DNA of 63,709 bases, counting the filler. It is 8 parts of 8 records of this genome, joined end to end, with 100 filler letters (N's around TTAATTAATTAA, not from the genome) between each part and the next. Parts side by side here need not be neighbours in the genome. Positions count along the whole stretch, not along the records: positions 1 to 9,172 come from SRR31156797_67794; 7 more parts are not named here. One strand, written 5' to 3'. The notes beneath the pieces were generated by a model. That model did no database searches, was not told the origin of the DNA, and worked only from the letters and a program-made list of their open reading frames with translations. The position numbers were made by a program, and so were the translations under genes. Below are positions 1 through 9,272 of the stretch, one piece after another (the stretch's first letter is position 1; every line of letters starts with the position of its first letter).

Positions 1-291
1 ACGGTCTTTTACGTTTAGTATAAAAAAGGATTTGCTGAAATTTTGACAATAAGGATATTTTACAATTTTGTTGATTCGCCCGGTATTAAATTTATTCGGT
101 ATATTCTTTCTTTTTCAAAGGGAATGGGCCAACCCTATATTTTGCGGTCGAGGGAATTTTGAAGAAAGCGGTCAATCATAGCCATAACCATCTCCTTGCA
201 TTTTTTGATCTGGAATTCTATTTTGAGTAGTTTCAACTTTATAAAATTATTCTGTTCGATGTGTCTATCACTTTATGGACAGCTTTTTGTG

Positions 292-324
292 CCCCTTTCC
301 CTGTAGAGCATACAGGGGAAGGGG
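292..324. terminator. GC-rich hairpin just downstream of pntB, possible terminator
   Basis: CCCCTTTCCCTGTA-GAGCA-TACAGGGGAAGGGG, 14-bp stem with one wobble/mismatch, 6 nt after the pntB stop; no clean U-tract. Confidence 0.45.
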
Positions 325-330
325 AAAAGG

Positions 331-2352
331 TCAATTGACTGTTTTGAGGCCGTAGATCAGGTCCCCTGCCGTTGATGCCGCATCGCCCTCAAGCATAACG
401 GTTTTGGGGTTGTCGTACAGGGTGTTTTCCACACCAGAATAGCCAGGTTTTCTGTCAAAATTACAGACAATGACGTTGTCGGCTTTATGGGCAGAGAGAA
501 TGGGCATACCCGATATTGGCGTGCCGTCGGCTTCCATGGCAGCCGGGTTGACCACATCGCAGGCACCGAAAACGATGGCCACATCCGAGTTGGAAAATTC
601 GGGGTTGATGTCATCCATTTCGTAAAGCCGGTCATAATCCACTTCAGCCTCTGCCAGGAGCACATTCATATGACCCGGCATCCGACCGGCCACCGGGTGG
701 ATGGCAAACTTGACATCGGCCCCCTGCTGCTCCAGCATGCTGGCCAGTTCCACCACCTTGAACTGGGCCTGAGCCTGGGCCATGCCGTATCCGGGCACTA
801 CAATGACCTTTTTGGCGGCGGCCAGAGTGTTCACCGCCGTCTCCAATAGGTCCTGGGGGCCATCCGATTCAGCAGATGAGGCATCGACTGCTTTGGGCGG
901 TATATCCAGCAGGCGGTCCGCCAGTGTATGAACGCTCTCTTTGGCATCCCCGGACAGCATGATGGTATTTTCATTATAATATAGGAGGTTTTCTACCCCG
1001 GAATACCCCGGTTTTCTGTCCAGGTTGCAGCAGACCACGGTCCTTGACTCATGGGCCAGGAGTATGGGCATGCCGGAAATGGGGGAGTCGTCCGTCTGTA
1101 TGGCGGCGGGGTTGACCACATCGCAGGCCCCGATGATCAGGGTAAAATCCGTCTCCTTGAATTCATGGTTGATTTCGTCCATTTCAAAGAGCAGGTCATA
1201 ATCGATGCCGGCCTCTGCCAGGAGCACATTCATATGGCCGGGCATCCGGCCGGCCACGGGATGGATGGCAAATTTCACCTCCTTGCCCATGGCCGTCAGC
1301 TTCTGCACGAATTCAAGCACGGCAAACTGGGCCTGGGCAACGGCCATGCCGTATCCCGGTATAACAATGACCTTTTGGGCAGCGGCCGCCGCGTCTGCGG
1401 CCTCCCGGAACCGATCACCGACCTCCTTGCCGGCCGGGCCGGGGGGAACAGGGGCAGATTCCAGCTCTGAAACGCACCCGTCTTCAGCGGCTTCTTTACT
1501 GCCGCTGGAAGGTGCGGATGCCCGAGCGGCATGGATTCCGGGGATAAATATGTTTAAAAGGTTCCGGTTCATTGCCCTGCACATGACATGGGTGAGAATA
1601 CTGCCCGAGGCCGCCACGGTGGCACCGCAGGAGATCAAGAGTTTATTTTCAATGATCATGCCGCAGAAGGCCGCCGCAACACCGGCCGTGGCGTTCAAAA
1701 ACGAAATAAGCACCGGCATGTCGGCCCCGCCGATGCGCATGGAAAAAATGATCCCGAACAGGGCAGAGCTCAGAATGATGATAATATAAAGGGCCAACCG
1801 GCGGCTTTCGGGCACCACCAGGGCGGCGACGATCAGTCCCACCATCACCAGAAGGTTGGCCAGGGTCACCAGGTTATGGCGCTGTAAAACCACAGGTTTC
1901 TGGTTGAGTTTATTGGAGAGTTTACCGGCGGCCATGAGGCTGCCGCTGAATGTCAAAGCACCGATGGCCAGGCCCAGCAGGCCAGAAATTTCATTTAACA
2001 GCCCTAGGTGTCCGCTTCCCCGCATGAGTTCAGCCAGGGAAAGGGAAAAGGCGGCCACCCCGCCGGCACCGTGCTGAAAGGCCACCATGGCTGGTATCTG
2101 GATCATATCGATTTTCCTGGCCACCGCAATCCCTGGCAGGGCGCCGGCTATAAGACAGAAAACCAAAAGCCAGGGATATTGTGATCCGCTTCTGGCCAGA
2201 ACCAGGACGGCGGCACAGGCCAGGGCCAAGGCCGCGGCCAGGTTGCCGAATTTAGCCGTGAGGGGGCTGCCGAAAAGCCAGATTCCGGCAAGTAGGATGG
2301 CGATGACGGCAAAATCCAGGATGAGATTAAGTCCGGAGTATGTTTCCATCAC
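331..2352 (-). CDS. pntB: NAD(P) transhydrogenase subunit beta with two tandem dIII nucleotide-binding domains
   Basis: N-terminal multi-TM domain with IGGADMPV..FLN and MCRAMNR; PGYGMA..AQ / FAIHPVAGRMPGHMNVLLAEA occurs twice; 673 aa. Confidence 0.95.
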   Translation of the reverse strand: MMETYSGLNLILDFAVIAILLAGIWLFGSPLTAKFGNLAAALALACAAVLVLARSGSQYPWLLVFCLIAGALPGIAVARKIDMIQIPAMVAFQHGAGGVAAFSLSLAELMRGSGHLGLLNEISGLLGLAIGALTFSGSLMAAGKLSNKLNQKPVVLQRHNLVTLANLLVMVGLIVAALVVPESRRLALYIIIILSSALFGIIFSMRIGGADMPVLISFLNATAGVAAAFCGMIIENKLLISCGATVAASGSILTHVMCRAMNRNLLNIFIPGIHAARASAPSSGSKEAAEDGCVSELESAPVPPGPAGKEVGDRFREAADAAAAAQKVIVIPGYGMAVAQAQFAVLEFVQKLTAMGKEVKFAIHPVAGRMPGHMNVLLAEAGIDYDLLFEMDEINHEFKETDFTLIIGACDVVNPAAIQTDDSPISGMPILLAHESRTVVCCNLDRKPGYSGVENLLYYNENTIMLSGDAKESVHTLADRLLDIPPKAVDASSAESDGPQDLLETAVNTLAAAKKVIVVPGYGMAQAQAQFKVVELASMLEQQGADVKFAIHPVAGRMPGHMNVLLAEAEVDYDRLYEMDDINPEFSNSDVAIVFGACDVVNPAAMEADGTPISGMPILSAHKADNVIVCNFDRKPGYSGVENTLYDNPKTVMLEGDAASTAGDLIYGLKTVN

Positions 2353-2648
2353 AATTGCCCTCCTTTTTCTTCTTTTTTCCTGAACATACTGAGCATCCGG
2401 TCTGTGATGGCGAATCCGCCCACAAGGTTGAATGCGGCCATGATAAAGGCTACTGCTCCGATTCCTTGTTCTAAGGCCGTGGATTCAAAGCTGAACAGAA
2501 TCAATACCCCCAAAATAGTCACAGCCGAAATGGCATTGGTCATGGACATTAAAGGGGTGTGCAGCAGGGTGGGAATTCTTGAAATGAGGAAATATCCCAC
2601 CACAAAGGAAAAAATAAATACCCCTGTCAACAATAGAAGATTAATCAT
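2349..2648 (-). CDS. pntAB: NAD(P) transhydrogenase subunit alpha, membrane part (PntAB / alpha2)
   Basis: LHTPLMSMTNAIS and NLVGGFAITDRMLSMF motifs, 99 aa, 3 TM; stop overlaps the pntB start. Confidence 0.95.
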   Translation of the reverse strand: MINLLLLTGVFIFSFVVGYFLISRIPTLLHTPLMSMTNAISAVTILGVLILFSFESTALEQGIGAVAFIMAAFNLVGGFAITDRMLSMFRKKEEKGGQL

Positions 2649-2677
2649 ATTAGGTACTCCAAAAAGTCTATATATAA

Positions 2678-2708
2678 GGGCCCCAGGTTGCAGAACCCGG
2701 GGCCCCTG
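2678..2708. other. Intergenic hairpin between pntAA and pntAB
   Basis: AGGGCCCCAGGTT-GCAG-AACCCGGGGCCCCT near-perfect inverted repeat. Confidence 0.55.
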
Positions 2709-2735
2709 TGTTTTACACCATGGTAAGGTCGCCTG

Positions 2736-3896
2736 CTAATTAAGCTCCATTGCCTTGATGGTCCCCTTGTGCATCAGGTCCCCATTATGGGTAACCAGGG
2801 CCCCGGCTACAATTTCGTCATCCAGGTTAAAATCCTGGGTGCCGGGTTTGTGCAGGTTCTCAACGAAATAATAGAGGTTCTGGGCGTAGAGCCAGGAGGA
2901 ATGTACCGGCAGAGAACCCGGGATGTTTTTGATCCCGCAGATATACACCCCGTTGTGCACGGTTTCTTTTCCCGGATCGGTCAGTTCGCAGTTGCCCCCC
3001 TGGTCGATGGAGACATCCACAATGACAGACCCCGGTTTCATGCTTTCAACCATCTGCCGGGTGATGATGTGTTGGGCCACCTCCCCGGGGATCAAGGCCG
3101 AAAGAACTATGATGTCGGATTCAGCCACCAGGGGGGCCAGGGCCTCACGTTCCTTTTCAAGCCATTCCCTGGGAAGTGCCCTGGCATACCCGCCTTCACC
3201 CACGGCCAGTTCCGGTGGAACCTCAAATTCCGCCACTTTGACGCCCAGACTCTGGGCCTCATTTCTGGCGTCGGGCCGGATGTCAACGGCCGTTACCTGG
3301 CCGCCCAGCCGTTTACCTGTGGCAATGGCCTGGAGTCCGACGACGCCGGTGCCCACCACCAGAATTTTGGCCGGCTTGGTCATGCCGATGGAGGTGCCCA
3401 CCATGGGGATGAATTTGGGGTAATTGGCCGCGGCAATGATAATGGCTTTATAGCCTGTGATGGCGCTCATTGAGGTCAGGGGGTCCATGCGCTGGGCCCT
3501 GGAGATTCTGGGGATGCCGTCCATGGTAAAAGCTGTGACCTTTTTCCCCATCATCTTTTTCACATCCCCGTGGTTGGAGGGGGCTGCCGGGTGGAGAAAG
3601 GTCACCAGGGTCTGGCCCTCTTTGAGCATATCAATCTCGTGGCAGTCAAACGCCTCGTTGAACAGGGGTTCTTTTACCTTGAGGATGATATCTGCCTTGT
3701 CAAACACCTCTTTTGCATCTTTTGCGATGGCGGCACCGGCTTTTTCATAATCGGCATCGCCGGCAAAAGCTCCGCTGCCGGCCTGGGTTTCCACCAGTAC
3801 CTCAAAGCCCAGGGCTTTAAATTTTTCAACGGTTTCAGGCAGCGCAGCCACCCGATTTTCTTTGTACATGATCTCTTTTGGAATTCCTATGAGCAT
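2736..3896 (-). CDS. pntAA: NAD(P) transhydrogenase subunit alpha, soluble NAD(H)-binding domain dI (PntAA / alpha1)
   Basis: IGIPKE..ENRVA, PRISRAQRMD, GTGVVGLQA..D(I)R Rossmann motif, GGYAR, DQGGNC. Confidence 0.93.
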   Translation of the reverse strand: MLIGIPKEIMYKENRVAALPETVEKFKALGFEVLVETQAGSGAFAGDADYEKAGAAIAKDAKEVFDKADIILKVKEPLFNEAFDCHEIDMLKEGQTLVTFLHPAAPSNHGDVKKMMGKKVTAFTMDGIPRISRAQRMDPLTSMSAITGYKAIIIAAANYPKFIPMVGTSIGMTKPAKILVVGTGVVGLQAIATGKRLGGQVTAVDIRPDARNEAQSLGVKVAEFEVPPELAVGEGGYARALPREWLEKEREALAPLVAESDIIVLSALIPGEVAQHIITRQMVESMKPGSVIVDVSIDQGGNCELTDPGKETVHNGVYICGIKNIPGSLPVHSSWLYAQNLYYFVENLHKPGTQDFNLDDEIVAGALVTHNGDLMHKGTIKAMELN

Positions 3897-3939
3897 TTTT
3901 TTACTCCTGTCGATTCTTTACAGATTGGAAAATTTTTTA

Positions 3940-4389
3940 TCAGGCGGCTTTGCCGCCATGGCGCATTCGGTTCAGTGCGGTTTCCAGGGCATCGTGGAAT
4001 TTGGGGGGTTCCGGTGTATCAAGGTATTCCTCCAGCCCTTTTATTGTCCGTTTGATGAACCCGTTGACCTCATCCACATCCAGGTCTCTGCGGCCAACGA
4101 TTTTTTTTATAAGTTTTGAAAGGCCGTTCACAGCAAGGATTCTCACGTCGTAGTACAGGTCTTTCCGGCCCACAAGGGCATAGACTTCCTTTGCCAGTTC
4201 GACACCGGGCTCCCGGACAGATTCCAGGGCTTCAATGGCCGCCTCCCGAAGCCGCCAGTTCTGGTCAAACCGGAGCAGGCGGATCAGTTCGCCCTGATTG
4301 TTATCAAGCTTGTCATTTTTTTTAAGATCCTCCAGAATTTCCAGCGCATTCCCCCAGTCCATCAGATTCCCGAAATTCATATTTTCCAT
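3940..4389 (-). CDS. Small alpha-helical HEAT-repeat-like protein, first gene of the pnt operon
   Basis: 149-aa ORF with AGGAG RBS; two HEAT-like units (NWRLREAAIEAL; YYDVRILAVNGL). Confidence 0.65.
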   Translation of the reverse strand: MENMNFGNLMDWGNALEILEDLKKNDKLDNNQGELIRLLRFDQNWRLREAAIEALESVREPGVELAKEVYALVGRKDLYYDVRILAVNGLSKLIKKIVGRRDLDVDEVNGFIKRTIKGLEEYLDTPEPPKFHDALETALNRMRHGGKAA

Positions 4390-4505
4390 TTTATTCTCCT
4401 GAAGTTGTATTTTGTAATTGAATGCCCGGTTAACGGTCTAAACGGGCATGCCGTATCCCGGACAGGCCTGTGCACCGGCCTGTTTCCGGTTTAGGAATGA
4501 TATTG

Positions 4506-4520
4506 GCAAATTGCATGCCA
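4506..4520 (-). promoter_or_regulatory. sigma54 -24/-12 promoter for the HEAT-pntAA-pntAB-pntB operon
   Basis: Minus strand reads TGGCATGCAATTTGC (GG-N10-GC), about 115 nt upstream of the 4389 start, next to a sigma54 activator gene. Confidence 0.75.
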
Positions 4521-4601
4521 TCGGCAGGTAAAAGAGGTAATGCGCTGTAATTATAAGATTATTTTATTTTTTTCGGAAAGGGGGAGAGGATGAAGGACCG
4601 A

Positions 4602-4631
4602 TGCAATGTGCAATAGGTGTTGCACGTTGCA
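4602..4631. promoter_or_regulatory. Palindromic upstream activator sequence, candidate enhancer-binding-protein site
   Basis: TGCAATGTGCAATA-GG-TGTTGCACGTTGCA (12/14 inverted match), about 80-110 nt upstream of the sigma54 site with an AT-rich tract between. Confidence 0.6.
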
Positions 4632-4656
4632 CCACTCCATTTCAAAAAAGCTAGGG

Positions 4657-6027
4657 TTAATTAAGATTGAGCCGGTTCATGATCCGCCAGAGGGTAGAGC
4701 GGTCGATTCCCAGGAGCCTGGCGGCCTGGGTTTTATTCCGGCCAGTGAGGTCCAGCACTTTTTCAATATGATTATGGGTGAGCTGTTCAAGAGTTTCAAT
4801 GCCCTCTTTGCCCCCGCGGCTTTGGGGACGGGCAAAGGGATGGCGCAGGTGATCGGGCAGGCTGTCCACGGTGACCTCGCAGCTTTCCTCAAACAGAGTG
4901 GCCCGTTCAATTATATTTTCCAGCTCCCGGACATTTCCGGGCCATTCATAGGCCTCCAGCAACTCCAGGGTCTCCCGCCCGATCCGTTGGATGTTTTTGC
5001 CGTTCTCCGCCGCATACTGCTGGAGAAAATGCTGTGCCAGAAGGCCGATATCCCCCTTGCGGTCCCTTAGGGGCGGCAGCTCAATGGTCACCACGTTCAG
5101 CCGGTAATATAAGTCCTCTCGAAAGCTGCCGTCTTTGACCATGACCTCAAGATTCTTATGGGTGGCCGCAATCACCCTCACCGCCACTTTTTTCCGCTCA
5201 AAGGACCCAACGGGCTGAATTTCACCGCTCTCCAGCGCTCGCAGGAAGGCCTGCTGAAGCCCCATGCCGATGTCTCCAATTTCATCCAGGAATACCGTGC
5301 CGCCGTCCGCCGCCTCAAACAGGCCCTGCTTGGCAGAAACCGCACCGGTAAAGGCCCCTTTTGCGTGGCCGAATAATTCACTGGCCAGAAGGTTTTCATT
5401 TAGGGCCGCGCAGTTCACCGGCAGATAGGGGGTGCCGGCCTTGCGGCTGTTAAAGTGGATGGCCTTGGCCACCAGCTCCTTTCCCGTTCCGGTCTCCCCG
5501 CGGATGAGTACCGTTGTTTTGGAATCTTTGACATTGTTGATCACCTTGAACACCCGCATCATGGGTTCGCTGGTGCCGGTGATATTGTCAAAGGTGTATT
5601 TTTTTTTCAGCTGATCCTGGAGCCTTAAGTTCTGGAGAACCAGTGCCCTTTTTTCCAGGGTCTTTTTCACCACCAGGCGCAATTCATCCATGTCAAAGGG
5701 CTTTAGAATATAATCTTCGGCCCCGTATTTCATGGCCAACACCGCCGTATCCACGGTGCCGTAAGCGGTGATCATCAGCAAAAGGATATCCGGGTCATAG
5801 GCTTTTACGGCCTTGAGCAACTCCATCCCGTCGATGCCGGGCAGTTTGAGATCGGTGATGACCAGGTCATACCTGTGATCCGTTATTTTCTCCAGGGCCT
5901 TTTCCCCGGCATCTACGGACTGGACCTCATATCCTCGGCTCCCCAGGATGTGCATCAGTCCCTGGTTCATTTTTGGGTCATCTTCAACGATTAAAATTCG
6001 GTATTTATACATCATCTCTCCTGGCAT
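4657..6027 (-). CDS. sigma54-dependent NtrC-family response regulator (REC-AAA+-Fis HTH)
   Basis: [56 protein letters not shown]. Confidence 0.97.
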   Translation of the reverse strand: MPGEMMYKYRILIVEDDPKMNQGLMHILGSRGYEVQSVDAGEKALEKITDHRYDLVITDLKLPGIDGMELLKAVKAYDPDILLLMITAYGTVDTAVLAMKYGAEDYILKPFDMDELRLVVKKTLEKRALVLQNLRLQDQLKKKYTFDNITGTSEPMMRVFKVINNVKDSKTTVLIRGETGTGKELVAKAIHFNSRKAGTPYLPVNCAALNENLLASELFGHAKGAFTGAVSAKQGLFEAADGGTVFLDEIGDIGMGLQQAFLRALESGEIQPVGSFERKKVAVRVIAATHKNLEVMVKDGSFREDLYYRLNVVTIELPPLRDRKGDIGLLAQHFLQQYAAENGKNIQRIGRETLELLEAYEWPGNVRELENIIERATLFEESCEVTVDSLPDHLRHPFARPQSRGGKEGIETLEQLTHNHIEKVLDLTGRNKTQAARLLGIDRSTLWRIMNRLNLN

Positions 6028-6033
6028 TTTTCA

Positions 6034-7677
6034 TCATTCAACGGGAAACTCAACAGTAAAAACTGTGCCGGTCCTGATGGCTTCACTGGATGTGGCGCTG
6101 ACCACCTTAAGGTCGCCCCCCAGCTTGCGTACCATTTCGTGGCTGACGAATAACCCCAGCCCGGTGCCCCGCCCCTGTTTTTTGGTGGTGAAAAACGGGG
6201 TGAAAATTTTGCTCAGCACCGGCCCAGGGATACCTGGGCCGGTATCCTGAACCTCAATTTTAACCATGTTCAACACTTTTACATAACGGGTTTTCAGCCT
6301 CAGATGCCCACCGCCGGGCATGGCTTCAATGGCGTTGGATACAAGGTTGGTCAAAATGGCCCTCACTGTGCTGGCATCGGCATTGACCCTGGGCATCCCC
6401 TTTTCCAGTCGCCACCTTACTTTTATGGCATGGGATTCACAATGGGGCCCGGCAATCTTCATCAGTTTTTCCAAGGTGGCGTTGACATCGGTTTTCAGCC
6501 CGTCCCGGCGGGAGTGGCGGGAAAATTCCAGAAGATTACGGATGATCTGGCTTCCCTGACGCACCTCTTCTACCACCGTGGAAAGCCGCTCCTGAACCGT
6601 ATCCACAGACGGGTCAGGCGTGTTCAAATCTTCTTTGGCAATCTGGGTGTACAGCAGGGCATTGGCAAGTGGCGTGTTCAATTCATGGGCCAGCCCCGAG
6701 GTCAGCAGCCCCAGGGAGGCCAGTTTTTCCTTCTGGATGACCTGGAATTCCAGTTCTTTTTCATATCGGTACTTGGATTTTAGAATATTGACAATGCCCA
6801 TGGAAACAAAAAGGGCCAGGCAAAGGACAATCAGGGCCGTCATCACGCCGTAGGCCACTGCATCACGGCCCATCTGCCGGATTCGTTCCAGGATTTCAGC
6901 CATGTCCTGGTCGGCCATGACATACCAGGGAAAGCCTTCAACTTTTTCATAGGCCTGGAGTACCCGCTTCCCACGGTAATCAATGGTTTCATATATCCCC
7001 TGCATCCGTCCCCGGACATCCTCCATTGAAATCCGGTCTTCAAACACCCGGGCCCCGAACCGAGATGTCGACAAAAACCACCCGGTGTCATCCACCAGAT
7101 AGACCTCCCCGGTCACTTCAATATTGCTCTTTCTAAGCAGGGTGTCGATTTGCCTGAAATCGATCAAGGCGCACAGATGGCCGCAGTTTTCCCCGCACTC
7201 CACCGGGGAACAGATCATCATGGCAGGCACCCGGTCATCCTCCCTGCTTAACATAAAAACCGTCCCTTCCCGGTGATGGCAGCCGTTGGCAAATAGACTC
7301 TCTCCGGCCGGGGATACCAGGGCTTCAAAATTTAAATCCAGGGTGGAAAATATGGGATGCCAGTCCCGGTCCAAAACAAAAAAAGAGAGATAGGGATGGG
7401 CTTTCATTTGCCCCAGATGGGAGAGAAGTTTTTCCCGGTCATATCCAAACATGAAGACTATGCTGGCCAGGCTGTTGATATCGCTGCGCCGCTCGGCAAT
7501 AAATTCCTGAATATCCTCTGCATTGCTCCGGGCCAGTCCCCTGAGGTAGGAGGATGATTTTTTTTCAATGAGGATCTGCCCCTGTGAGAGGATCTTGAAG
7601 CCCAGCGCCGCCAGGGGCAGCAGCGACACCATCATAAATGCGGCAATCAACAGCAGCCTGATCCGTTCAAAATTCAT
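6034..7677 (-). CDS. Membrane sensor histidine kinase with Cache-like periplasmic domain
   Basis: Two TM helices flanking a Cache-like region; H-box GLAHELNTPL; N, G1, F, G2 boxes (NAIEA, DTGPGI, PFFTTK, GTGLGL). Confidence 0.95.
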   Translation of the reverse strand: MNFERIRLLLIAAFMMVSLLPLAALGFKILSQGQILIEKKSSSYLRGLARSNAEDIQEFIAERRSDINSLASIVFMFGYDREKLLSHLGQMKAHPYLSFFVLDRDWHPIFSTLDLNFEALVSPAGESLFANGCHHREGTVFMLSREDDRVPAMMICSPVECGENCGHLCALIDFRQIDTLLRKSNIEVTGEVYLVDDTGWFLSTSRFGARVFEDRISMEDVRGRMQGIYETIDYRGKRVLQAYEKVEGFPWYVMADQDMAEILERIRQMGRDAVAYGVMTALIVLCLALFVSMGIVNILKSKYRYEKELEFQVIQKEKLASLGLLTSGLAHELNTPLANALLYTQIAKEDLNTPDPSVDTVQERLSTVVEEVRQGSQIIRNLLEFSRHSRRDGLKTDVNATLEKLMKIAGPHCESHAIKVRWRLEKGMPRVNADASTVRAILTNLVSNAIEAMPGGGHLRLKTRYVKVLNMVKIEVQDTGPGIPGPVLSKIFTPFFTTKKQGRGTGLGLFVSHEMVRKLGGDLKVVSATSSEAIRTGTVFTVEFPVE

Positions 7678-8194
7678 GGATTTCCCTTTTTATATTCCGT
7701 TCATCCCGTCTCCCCCCCCCTCGGCTCCAGGGAAATAGAACATATTTTTGTCTTTGGTACAACCTCAAAGCCAGTTCTCCTTTTTCCGGTTGAAAAAAGA
7801 GTAGTCTGGATCGGCCCCGGACACCATCACAGGCAATGGCAGCATGTAAGGCCGAAATAATGCCGTGGGCCGACGGCATATAAGATATGCTAAAAAGATA
7901 TTATACCGATGCGTGAAACTATCGGAATTACGTATGGCAACACGCTGCCTTGACAAAGCAACCGGTAACAATTTGATAGTGACCGAATTTTCCAGATGTG
8001 TCGAGGTTCCATTATAGCCTGGCCGCTGGAACAGCACGTCCTTTTTTGGGTCTTATCGGTGATTATGATCAAAACCACAAAAAGTAGGCCAAGAATTTAT
8101 GGTATAAGTCTCGGACTTTTTAGCATCAGGCCAACCATTAAATCTTAGGGTTGGCATTTTCCGGTTTCTGTGGAAAAGGAAAGAGTTTACATTC

Positions 8195-9037
8195 GGGGCT
8201 GTTTCTAAAAAAGTTTAAAATAATATAGACACTTGAAATGGGACATGATTTCGTCTTGTTTATGAACAGACACTCTATTTTAGATGAAAAATGGATGCAA
8301 ATAAAACCGATACTTGCACCACCGAAAAAAGAAACACTGGGCCGGAAACCAAAGGATAACCGACTAATGTTTTAAGGAATTTTGTGTGTTTTAAAAACTG
8401 GGGCTCCTTGGCGTGATCTTCCTGAAAGATTTGGGCCTTGGCAAACTGTGTATAAAAGATTTGAAAAAAGGACTTCTCTGGCAGCATGGGATGACCTTTT
8501 CAACAATGTTGCAAAGAATCAGGACAAAGGAGCCGGTATTATAGACGGTTCCTAGGTAAGATTTCACCAACACGGTTGCAGGGCAAGAGGAGGACAATAT
8601 TCTCAGGCTATTGGGCGAAGTAGAGGTGGTTTAACAACAAAAATCCATGCTGTCGTTGATGGCATCGGTAATCCAGTACGAATAAAACTGACCGGGGGTA
8701 ATGTTCATGACATGGTACCTTCTTATGATTTAATGGCTGACATAGAGGCAGATCAATTCCTTGCTGATAGGGCATATGATACGGACAAACTCATTGAAAT
8801 TGCAGAATCCAAAGGCTCTAAAGTCATTATCCCATCAAGAAGAAACAGAACGATTCAGAGAAAAATTGATAAACACCTTTATAAGGAACGACATTTGGTG
8901 GAGTGCTTTTTTTGCAAAAACAAAATCCTGTCGGCGAGTTTCAAATCGATATGAAAAATTCGCCAGAAATTATCATGCAATGGTGCTTATTGCATCTTGC
9001 TTGGTCTGGTTAGCATGATTTATTTAGAAACAGCCCC
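8195..9037 (+). mobile_element. Degenerate IS5-family (IS427-like) insertion sequence
   Basis: Perfect 15-bp terminal inverted repeats GGGGCTGTTTCTAAA (8195-8209) and TTTAGAAACAGCCCC (9023-9037), 843 bp, low GC. Confidence 0.9.
8262..9018 (+). pseudogene. IS5-family transposase pseudogene
   Basis: Translates MNRHSILDEKW..GRKPKDNRLMF*GIL..TGAPWRDLPERFGPWQTVYKRF, then GRSRGGLTTKIHA, ADRAYD, YKERHLVECFF, RYEK; in-frame stops and frameshifts. Confidence 0.9.
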
Positions 9038-9108
9038 TAGTATCCTGTTTTTCTGCAGCGCCGGCAGAAGTCGGAAAATATTGATCCTGGGGAAATACAG
9101 GGACAGGC

Positions 9109-9137
9109 TTGACCCCCTTTAAAAGGGGGTGTATTTT
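9109..9137 (+). promoter_or_regulatory. sigma70-like promoter with palindromic operator in the spacer; downstream gene lost at the contig end
   Basis: TTGACC-N17-TATTTT overlapping ACCCCCTTT-A-AAAGGGGGT (9112-9130); possible RBS and GTG start at 9168. Confidence 0.5.
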
Positions 9138-9172
9138 AAGACAAAATTAACCATAAGCGGGGATATCGTGAA

Positions 9173-9272
9173 NNNNNNNNNNNNNNNNNNNNNNNNNNNN
9201 NNNNNNNNNNNNNNNNTTAATTAATTAANNNNNNNNNNNNNNNNNNNNNNNNNNNNNNNNNNNNNNNNNNNN
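9173..9272. other. Artificial contig linker
   Basis: N run, TTAATTAATTAA (stops in all frames), N run; 100 nt. Confidence 0.99.

Noticed and set aside
7667-8190. Short ORFs and possible structured RNA upstream of the histidine kinase
   Set aside because: No recognisable protein motif, riboswitch or tRNA pattern; a covariance-model search would be needed
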